Positions 9,818 through 19,700 of a stretch of DNA of 49,179 nt are shown piece by piece. The translations under genes and the position numbers were made by a program. The stretch comes from Candidatus Microgenomates bacterium (lineage in GTDB: Bacteria; Patescibacteriota; Microgenomatia; UBA8517): the NCBI GenBank assembly GCA_049523135.1, contig JBEKNE010000001.1:717234-766412 (forward strand), in the 5' to 3' direction. Below the pieces are notes generated by a model, which saw only the letters and a list, made by a program, of their open reading frames with translations, was not told the origin of the DNA and did no database searches. The number at the start of each line of letters is the position of its first letter. Positions within the stretch are counted from its first letter, which is position 1.

Positions 9818-10457
9818 TAAACTATTACCAGATCTTTAATTTTATTGTAGACAGAAGTCGTTAAAACTCTCTTTGACAGTAATTTTTCGACATTTGAGTA
9901 CGGTCTGTATTCAATAATGTTTTGACCGTATACTTGGCCAATTACATAAAGAGACTCCAGTTGATCGAGGCCGTTTATATTGATGTAAATTAATGCACTA
10001 CTATCGGATGGAAAATCGGCTGACACAGTTTGATATCATCCATTATTTTTAGCAGTCGAGGAACTAGAGTGCTCATCGACAAAAGGTGCAAAAACTTTTT
10101 GCCCGTCTGATAATTTTATCGTCCTGTTTAGATATTTATCAGTCCAAATCTTGTCGACTCCTCTCGAAAAACCGTCAGCAGCAACAAGTAAATCGTCTAC
10201 TCTACTGCCGTCCGATAATTTATAAACCCCCTGTTTATGACAGAGATCCCGAAATCTCTGCGGTAATTAAACCACCACCTTAACCTCCTGTAGTCCCCTG
10301 CAAGACTTCTACTTTTGTTGAGGTGACACTTTAGTTCGTTTTTGAAAAAAATAATGCGTACAACGATTAAGATAAGTCCTACCAAAAGAATCAATAACGA
10401 GTAGTGGTATTTTTGGAGAATTTCATCAAAATTAAATTTTTGGGGCAGGTCCTCCAT
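9814..10457 (-). pseudogene. comEA: ComEA (TM + SLBB + HhH DNA-binding), disrupted
   Basis: N-terminal TM, ITAEISG, GVYKLSDGSRVDDLL, and HhH-like tail IGQVYGQNIIEYRPY split by frameshifts and TGA at 10038-10036. Confidence 0.85.
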
Positions 10458-10459
10458 TT

Positions 10460-12670
10460 TTAAATGACGAAATTAATTAACTTACCAGGGACAAAAATTA
10501 CCTTTTTGATTTCGCTGCCGCTAAACCATTTGGAAATTTTTTCATTTTCTCTCGCCTTTTTTTCAACTTCCGACTGATTACCTACAACTTTCGCATCAAG
10601 ATCCATTGTTTCTCTGATTTTTCCATTAACCTGAACAACAACTGTAACTATATCACTCACTATCAAACTATTATCATATTCAGGCCAAGTAGCCTTGTGA
10701 ACACTAAAAGGTTGTCCCAAAATTTCTACCCAAACTTCTTCGCTTAAATGTGGGGCAAAAGGAGCAATAAGAAGACATAATGTCTTGAGAGTTTCCTTAT
10801 CCGCACCATGCTCAATAAGCGTATTGGTAAGTTCCATAAGAGACGAAATTGCAGTGTTAAATTTATAATTTTCGATGTCATTGGTAACTTTTTTTATAGT
10901 TTGATGTAGTTTGTATAACACTTCTGAATCTGGTTTTTCTTTCGGTTTTTCATTAAACAGTCTCCAGACTTTACCTAAAAATCTATACGCACCCTCTACA
11001 CCCGTGATACTCCATGGCTTCATAAGGTCAAAGGGACCCATAAACATCTCATAGACACGAAGGGTATCGGCACCGAACTTAGGAATGATCTCATCAGGAG
11101 TTACAACATTCCCCCATCTTTTACTCATCTTTCTGCCGTCCGTGCCCAAAACCCAGCCCGGAGCTCTAAGCTTAAGGAACGGCTCTTCCCCCAAGCTTTT
11201 ATCGATTAAACCGGCATCAAAAAGCACTTTCCAAAAGAATCTGGCAAAAAGAAGATGCTGAACTACGTGCCCACCGCCTATATAATCATCAACCGGCAGC
11301 CATTTTTTAATGTTTTCCTGACCCGCAAACTCTTTTTTATTGTTCGGGTCGGCAAAACGAATAAAATACCACGAAGAATCAACATAAGTATCCATTGTAT
11401 CTACTTCCCGCCTTGCCGCCTTGCCGCACTTCGGGCATTTGACACCTTCTTGGAAGGTCTTTGACCGGGCAATAGGGCTCTCGCCATGAGGCAAAAAGTC
11501 CACGTCCTTAGGCAATAAAACCGGCAGATACGATTCGAGGGTAGGCTGCCAGCCACAATCCTGACAATAAATCATGGGGATGGGACAACCCCAGTAACGC
11601 TGACGGCTTATTAGCCAATCGCGAAGATGATAATGGATAGTTTTCTCACCCAAAATTTTATCGGTAAACGGTCTTTCAACTATATCAATATGATACTTAC
11701 CGGCAAATTCTTTGTCCCTTTCATCGTAAGCGGGAACTCCCATTATGGCACCTGTTCCATAGCTGGAATCTACATAATTAGTTTCCCAAATAGGAAGCTT
11801 TTCTCCGTTTAAGGGATTAACTGCATACTCACCTGTGAATTTACCCATCTTTTCCTTCGAATCTTTATTTTCCTTTGAAGCTACAGCCAAAAACGTGGCA
11901 CTGTTAAGCGTATCCGGACAGGTAGTAAAGACTTTTATCTTTTTTTCTGAGCCGTCAATCTCAAATTCAATGGTTCTGCCCTCGGACCTGCCTATCCAGT
12001 TCTTCTGTTGAATCTTAACATCCTCCGGCCAGTCAATACTGTCCAAGCCTGAAATTAGCCTATCTGCATAATCGGTAATTTTGAAGAACCATTGGTCTAA
12101 TTCCTTTTGTATAACCTTTGTATCACAACGCTCACAACGGCCATCGACAACCTGCTCATTAGCCAGTACGGTTTCATCCTTCGGGCACCAGTTCACGGGT
12201 GATTTCTTCTTATAAGCCAAGCCCTTTTTATATAACTCTATAAATAGCCACTGGGTCCATTTATAAAATTCAGGAGAGCTGGTATCAATCTCACGGGACC
12301 AGTCATAGGACATGCCCGAGATTTCAAGCTGACGCTTGAAGGTTTTTATATTCTCATGGGTAGATTTATCAGGGTTAATTCCGGTTTTTATGGCATAGTT
12401 CTCTGCAGGAAGTCCGAATGCATCCCAGCCCATCGGATGAAAGACATTGCGGCCATTCATTCTGAAATATCTGGATAAGATATCTGTACCTACATAGCCT
12501 TCAAGATGACCTACGTGCATTGTGGAACCGGATGGATACGGAAACATATCAAGAATATATTTCTTTTGATGGGAAGCCGCGTCCGACGCTTGATAAAGTT
12601 CATCTTTCGCCCACCTATCTTGCCATTTCTTCTCAATTAGTGTATGGTTATATTTAGTGTCTTTAATCAT
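10460..12670 (-). CDS. leuS: Leucine--tRNA ligase (shortened CP1 domain)
   Basis: MFPYPSG, HVGH, GWDAFGLPAEN, DWLISRQRYWGCPIP, DTMDTYVDSSWY, KMSKR. Confidence 0.97.
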   Translation of the reverse strand: MIKDTKYNHTLIEKKWQDRWAKDELYQASDAASHQKKYILDMFPYPSGSTMHVGHLEGYVGTDILSRYFRMNGRNVFHPMGWDAFGLPAENYAIKTGINPDKSTHENIKTFKRQLEISGMSYDWSREIDTSSPEFYKWTQWLFIELYKKGLAYKKKSPVNWCPKDETVLANEQVVDGRCERCDTKVIQKELDQWFFKITDYADRLISGLDSIDWPEDVKIQQKNWIGRSEGRTIEFEIDGSEKKIKVFTTCPDTLNSATFLAVASKENKDSKEKMGKFTGEYAVNPLNGEKLPIWETNYVDSSYGTGAIMGVPAYDERDKEFAGKYHIDIVERPFTDKILGEKTIHYHLRDWLISRQRYWGCPIPMIYCQDCGWQPTLESYLPVLLPKDVDFLPHGESPIARSKTFQEGVKCPKCGKAARREVDTMDTYVDSSWYFIRFADPNNKKEFAGQENIKKWLPVDDYIGGGHVVQHLLFARFFWKVLFDAGLIDKSLGEEPFLKLRAPGWVLGTDGRKMSKRWGNVVTPDEIIPKFGADTLRVYEMFMGPFDLMKPWSITGVEGAYRFLGKVWRLFNEKPKEKPDSEVLYKLHQTIKKVTNDIENYKFNTAISSLMELTNTLIEHGADKETLKTLCLLIAPFAPHLSEEVWVEILGQPFSVHKATWPEYDNSLIVSDIVTVVVQVNGKIRETMDLDAKVVGNQSEVEKKARENEKISKWFSGSEIKKVIFVPGKLINFVI

Positions 12671-13183
12671 ATAGCTATAAAGAAATTGTAGTTATCAAAG
12701 CACAAAATTGCAAACTTCAAGCCAACTTAAAAAAATACCCCAATACTTCGGGATGAATTGCTAACAAACATTCCTAGCACTCAAAAATAAAGTCTGCCAA
12801 TTATCCTAATTATTTATGAATATTTGCCAATAAACTAACGTTAGTAACTTTGATATAGTATGATATATACATAAAAATAGGTATAGGCTCATTCCCCGCA
12901 TATTTTCATTAACCGAAATAATTAACGCATTTCCCCGCAAAAAATTTCTGAAGCTGGAAAATTAATCAAAAAACAGCCATATTTCGTCTTATCGGTTACT
13001 TACTTTACCGGTAATATTCATTTCTATGCGTAATATTGATGCGGAAATTATACTATCATCTCTGTGAAAGATAGTGAAATCTTAATAGAAATATATTCGG
13101 AAAAGAGGCTATTGACAGGCTACTAAAATCTTTTAATAATAGTCTAATCAGTATAATTCGTATAATCTAGCCTTGTTACAAAC

Positions 13184-13699
13184 ATGTTACAAAATTCGTT
13201 CGACTCCACCAAAATAAAATTTACACAGTATTTAACCAATCTTGGGATTTCAGAAAAATCACACAAGAATTACAGGTCCGATCTTTCTCACTTCACCGAA
13301 TGGTTAATCCTAAGACTCAGATCAGTTGGCTCCTACGTTGAATCTTTGAGCGAAACTATCCCCTTCCTCAGTACCAATATGGCCAAGGAATATAAAAGCT
13401 TTATGCTTCAAAATAAAATTCCAGCAAAAACAATAAACCGCAGGCTCTCAACCTTGAGGCACCTTTCTAGGTTTTTGGTTTCTTCTCAAACTCTTGATAC
13501 CGACTTCATGAATGACATCGAAAACATCTCTCTTGGCCACAGGCAGAAATCGTCAACGAGCCCGATTATTGAGGATTACCGAAGCTATTTAGAAGCCCAG
13601 AAGGTTTCAAAAAGCACTGTGAAAAATTATGTCAGCGACATCCGCCAATTCCTAGCCTGGGTTGAAACCAACGGTCAAATTATAAATTCAGATAACTAA
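13184..13699 (+). CDS. Protein of tandem tyrosine-recombinase core-binding (phage integrase N-terminal SAM-like) domains, no catalytic domain
   Basis: FTQYLTNLGISEKSHKNYRSDLSHF...TINRRLSTLRHLSRFL, then a second unit YRSYLEAQKVSKSTVKNYVSDIRQFLAW; ends at 171 aa. Confidence 0.8.
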   Translation: MLQNSFDSTKIKFTQYLTNLGISEKSHKNYRSDLSHFTEWLILRLRSVGSYVESLSETIPFLSTNMAKEYKSFMLQNKIPAKTINRRLSTLRHLSRFLVSSQTLDTDFMNDIENISLGHRQKSSTSPIIEDYRSYLEAQKVSKSTVKNYVSDIRQFLAWVETNGQIINSDN

Positions 13700-13704
13700 A
13701 ATTT

Positions 13705-16700
13705 ATGCCTTCCCTACCCAACATATCACCCGAATTAATCCAAGCTTATCAGGATCAGATATCAAAATCCTCTTCGAGCGCAACTGTAAAAAGAAAATCA
13801 ATTGCACTAAATAGGTTTTTTGACTGGGCAGAGGAAGCAGGACATATTCCTCAAAATCCTCTCCAGCAAGTTCAAAGCTTGCAACCGGAAATACAAAGAG
13901 TTTCTAAATCTAAAAGAAAAATTGAAGCCAGCAGCCGGACTTATGCAGTAATCGGACTTACCGTAGCTTTAATTATTTTGCTTTTTCTTCTCACTTGGAA
14001 GCTCAAATTCCCCATTTCTTTCATTCAGAATTTTGCCCAAGTAAATAACACTGGCGAGGTACAAAATGTTGCCCAAAATGTGAGCCCAATTCCCGCAACT
14101 CCTGCGGCAAACCTTGCCTGGAATCTTTACGCCAAGCTGAAATTAACGGATTCCAATGGGATTCCAGAAGTCGGCTCACAATCTTTAAGCTTTAATCTCT
14201 ATAATTCGGAAACCGGAGGTTCTCCCGTTTACACTTCAAGCACCCAGATAGTAACAACTGATACAAATGGATCTGCTTTGATATCGATAGATAATGTCCC
14301 GAGTGATCTTTTCTTCCAAAATAATACGCTTTATCTTGAACCAAACTTTAATAACCAAGGTACTTCAACAGCCAGAATTCCAATTTCTACAGCCAACACA
14401 GCTGCAAATCTGGAAGGCTATTTCCCCGCCAATCCTGAAACCGGAGCGAATTCGGAGGAAATTCCCGTAATCAACTCCGACGGATCACTTCTCTTGGCTA
14501 GTCAATCCCCAATGGTTAAGGCTACTCAGGGAAATCTCCAAATTGAAGGCCAGGCAGTTGTTATTAAAGCTTCCGACGGGTCAGGCGGCAATATCGTAAT
14601 TAATCCGGACGCGAACGGATATGCAAAATTCCTTTTTGAAGGCAACAAAGGTAATTTCTTAAATGCCACAGCAAACAATCTTACAAGTGGATCACTCTAT
14701 TACGGAGTGGTACAAAATAATGCAACCGGATATTACCTTATCAATCTCCAAAGCGGCTCCACTCCGACAACCAAATTTTCAGTTGATTCCGTCGGAAATA
14801 CAAACATTACAGGAGATCTTTCGACAGGTGGAACCGACAGGCTGACGGCTACAGGTTCACTACAAAATATAACAGGTTATTCGCAAACAAGCGGTAACCT
14901 AACGGTCAGCCAAAATGCTGGAGATTATGCCTCAATAACCAAGAATGACACTGCCCTGTCCGATGTAATGGATCTCACTTTAAATGAAAACAATATTGCA
15001 GGATCCCACTACTCCACTTTGGTACTTAACCGCTATGGAGGCGATGACAACTCAAGAGCGCTTCTTGTTAACTCTGGAAACGCTCAGTTTAATGGGCAGG
15101 TTCAGCTTGGAGGATATACTTCTCTTCCGACGGCAATCGGACAAGGCTCACTCGTATTTAATACCTCCGACAGTAAAGTTTATGTCTGGAACGGGACAAG
15201 TTGGGTGGCAGTCGGTTCCGGCGGTGGAGGCGGTCCAAGCTCGTTTGACCAAATAATCTCCGGCACAAATACTTCCGCGACAATGGTTGTAGGTAGTGGG
15301 GCTTCCTTAGGTTTTACGGGGACAGGAACTATTACGGCTTCAGGACTTTCCTGCTCGGGATGCGTCTCCAATAGCCAGCTGACCAACTCCAGCCTTACCA
15401 TTAACACCGGCGGGATTCTAACTGGCGGAGGATCTATAGCTCTCGGCGGGACTTTAAATCTAACCGCAACCGAAGCTGACACTTTAGACTCCGTGACCGG
15501 AAGAGGTGCAACAACAACTAATGCCATAAGTGTTGGGAATTTAACCTCATCGGGTACAACAACTTTTGGAGGTATAGCCTATACATGGCCTGGAAGTCAG
15601 GTTACAAGCGGTTTCCTACAAACAGACGGTAGCGGGGGTCTCTCCTGGACTACCAGTGTCCCGGTTTCATCCATGGCTTTTTCCGGGCTTACATCCGGCA
15701 CAAATACTTCTGCAGCAATGGTGGTTGGAAGTGGAGCAAGTTTAGATTACACAGGAAGCGGAACAATAAATGCCAGTTCCCTTGAAGGAAGTACCTGGGA
15801 ATCCCCCGGAACAATCGGCTTAACCACTCCCAATTCAGGAGCATTCACCATCCTTTCAGCTTCATCTTATGCTACCGTTTCAGGATCTCTCGCTCTCGGA
15901 ACTGCCAACGCCAGTGCAGGTCCGGGAAATCTGGACATGAGTGGAAACTTAGTAGCTGCGGGGAATATTACAGGAACAACTCTTAATGGAACTACGGGAA
16001 TTAATACCGGAGTTGGCGCCGGAACGGCGAGAATCGATTCGACTGGAAACTTAACAAACATCGACACAACTCAATTTAATACTCAAACTTACACATGGCC
16101 GGGAAGTCAGGTTGCAAGTGGGTTCTTGCAAACTGACGGAACTGGTGGTCTTTCCTGGATTACAAGTGTTGCCGCAACCTCAGTCCCCTTCTCAGGAATT
16201 ACGGATGGAACAAATATCTCTGCCTCCATGGTAGTTGGAAATGGAGCTTCACTTAGCTACACAGGAACAGGAACAATTGATGCTTCCTCACTTGAAGGAG
16301 CTACTTGGGAAGCACCCGGAATAATCGGTATTACCACTCCAGCTGGAGGCAACTTCACATCAATTGGGGCAACAACACAAGGAACGGGCGCATTCACTAC
16401 CCTTTCAGCTTCATCCTATGCCACCGTCTCAGGTTCACTTGCTTTGGGATCTTCCAACGCTAGTGCAGGTCCCGGAAACCTGGACATGAGTGGAAACTTA
16501 ACAGTTGGCGGAACTACAACTCTCGGAGGACAAACTTACACTTGGCCAGGAATCGGCGGGACAAATGGTCAGGCTTTGACTACTGACGGAAGTGGAAACC
16601 TTGCCTGGAATGATGTCCTAACCAGTGCCACTGTTTTTTGGACAGAGTTAAACGGATTAATCTATCCAAAAAACTCAAGCGAGGATGTAGCTATTGGTGG

Positions 16701-19700
16701 AAATTCAACCTCAAGTGCCAAGTTTGCATTTACGGGAGTTGACGGAGGCCTTCCAACCGCTTCAATTGCAGGAACTGTAGGCAGCAATGTCGCAACTTAT
16801 TTAACGGGTAATGGAAATCTGGCAACAACAAACATGGCCGACCTGACCCTTGGTGGAAGCTCAACTGGGAATGTAAATATAAACTCAAGAGGATCAAATG
16901 CTTTGATTGCAAACGGAGCCAACTTAACGGCTGGAGGAACCCTTACATTTCCAAATTCAAACACACTAACTGGTGTATCAAGCTATCTCGAACTATCTCA
17001 AGGTGTATCAGTTGGGGCCGGAACAAACTATTACTTCAGTAGCACCGGACTTCTAAATGCATCAAAACTTCAGGTATCAGGAATTGCGGATGTGGTCCAG
17101 GCCTACATAAAAGCCTATTCAACTCAAACAAATCATATTCAGGAATGGCAAAATTCCGGTGGCACTGCCCTTTCGTGGATAGACGGGCAAGGAAATCTAA
17201 GAGTTGGTTCGGGTGCAGTTGATAACGGAAGCCTTCTTGACGTTGCCGGAGCTCCGACAAGTGATGCACTGGCAATCTTTAATACTACCGGAGGTACACA
17301 AAACATCATAGCGGCATCCGCTTCCGGGGCAACAAAAATGACCTTAGACCAAAACGGAGTCTTGAGCCTTTATAATTCGACTTCTTCAATTACCAACACA
17401 GCAGGAGATATAACCATCGGCGCGGCATCAGGAAATATAAATTTCTCCGGAGATACTATTCAAAACATCAACACGGTAAATGCCGGTTCGGGAATATTCA
17501 GCAATGTATTGCAGGTCAATTCAACAGGCGCACTTCAGGCTTATTCAAGATTCGGTAACGGAACAAGCTCCCACGGACTGGTTAGCCCGCAGGATGTTTA
17601 CATAACCGGAAAATTGGATGTAGGCGGAGTTTTTTACCTTTCTTCGAATGAAATCGGAAACGGAACAAACGGAACACCTGCCATAATTCTGTCCTCCGCT
17701 CCTACTACAACTGCAAATACCCTAACAGCAGGTAACTGGCTCGTTGAAAACAATGCCAATTTAGGACAAGCGACACTAATGGTTAACCAAACAATGGGCG
17801 GAGATATTTTTACGGCTTCCGCCTCAGGAACCCCGAAGTTTGTAATAGCCAACAGTGGCAATGTTGGAATTGGAACGGTAAGCCCAACTGCACTTTTGGA
17901 TGTTTCTGCCAATAGCACCAATACTGCTTCCGACTATACCACTCTAAAACTGGAAGGATCACAATCTACTGCCAACACAGGAACATTCTACGGAGAAAAT
18001 ATCATACCAGCATTTACCGCATCATCAGGAAATACTCTGGCAAATCTTAAGGCTTTAGTCTCAAATCCCCAAGTAACAAGCACCGGAACAGTGACCAATG
18101 CTTATAACATCTACTCAAGATTGGACAATACTTCTACAGGAACAATCAGTAATTTATATGATCTATATCTTGCCGCCCCGGGAAACACTAGTGGAACAAT
18201 TACCCATAAATATGCCCTTGTTACAGAAGCGGGTGCCGGTAATGTTGGAATTGGGACAACTAGTCCGGGAGGAGCATTAGATGATGCAGGGGGAAGTCTT
18301 TTCCTTTCCAATGCCACATCCAACCTAATATCTTTTGGAAACTCAGGCGTAGCAGTCCCCGGTGCGGGAAGTGCTGGAGAAAAAATACAATTATTCGGAG
18401 CCACCAGAGGAACAGTTGCAACTGCCGACTATGCTTTAGGTGTACAAAGCTCTAACATGTGGTTCAACACCGATGGTGGTTACATGTTTTACAAAGATGC
18501 TGCCGCAACACCTGAAGTAATATTAGATACAAACGGCAATGTCGGCATTGGAACAACAAGCACGATCACCCCACTCACACTAGGTCAAAATCCATCCGAC
18601 CTGGGTGGTTTGTCGTTTCAGAACACAACTGGCCAAGCAAACTCTCGAAATTGGAATATTAGAGACGATGTTACAGCTTTTGGTGATCTTGCTATTAGAC
18701 AATCTACAACACAAAATGGTACAACTTTCGCCACTAGGTTGACTATAGATCCCAATGGCAATGTTGGAATTGGAGCAACAAGTCCTGCTGCCAATTTGAC
18801 AGTTGCCAAAAATTTTAATACTACCCCAACCGCTCTTACTCCTAGCGCAAGTGTTGCGGTTGATTGTTCATTGGCAAATGTGTTCACCCTGACTCCAGGC
18901 CAAGCCGAATCAATAACTGCATCTAATATGGTTGCTGGCCAGTATGTGGATTTGATTATTCTTACAAGTGGAACAAATTCATACACTCTTACATTTTCAA
19001 CTGGATTTAAAACTCCAAACACAACACTGGCAACAGGAACGGTGACAGGAAAGTATTTTGCAATCCATTATATTTCGAATGGCAGCTATCTGATTGAAAT
19101 TGGACGTACATCAACTCAGACTGCAGTCGGAGCTGATATTGCTGAATGGTATTCTTACGCAGGTGAAAAACCCCAGCCGGGTGAAATTGTTTCTATTTCG
19201 GCAGATAACACTCAAATTGAAAAAACCGATCAAGCGTATAGTCAACAAATATCCGGCGTTGTTTCCACTCAGCCGGCAATAACACTTGGTCAAGAACCAG
19301 ATCAGGGAATCGTTATGGCTTTAACCGGTCGGGTTCCGCTAAAAGTTTCCACTAAGAATGGACAAATTTTGACCGGTGACAGTATTACTTCTTCCACAAT
19401 TGCCGGAGTCGGAATGAAAGCCGTCAAGGCCGGACAAACTGTCGGAAAAGCTTTGGAATCAACCAATAATTGGACCACACAAAGCTGTCCTGCAGTCGCT
19501 TCTCTCGATCAAATTAACTGGCCGGATGATGACGGAACCAATCCTAACCATCCTTGTTTTACACTTTCGGATGGAACAATGATTGGAAAAATTATGGTCT
19601 TTGTTAACCCCTCTTGGTATGATCCGGAAGTTTACCTCACAGACACAGGCAATTTAAAAATTGCCCAGGTCAATGGAAATTACCAACTCACAAACACATC

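Noticed and set aside
7992-10457. Stop-codon reassignment (code 25/4) as an explanation for the broken com genes
   Set aside because: Lesions include TAG stops and frameshifts, and TGA is a genuine stop elsewhere (ATGA overlaps at 3743, 25072, 46554).
12671-13183. dif site or replication origin upstream of the Xer-like genes
   Set aside because: I found no convincing dif consensus or DnaA-box cluster by eye.
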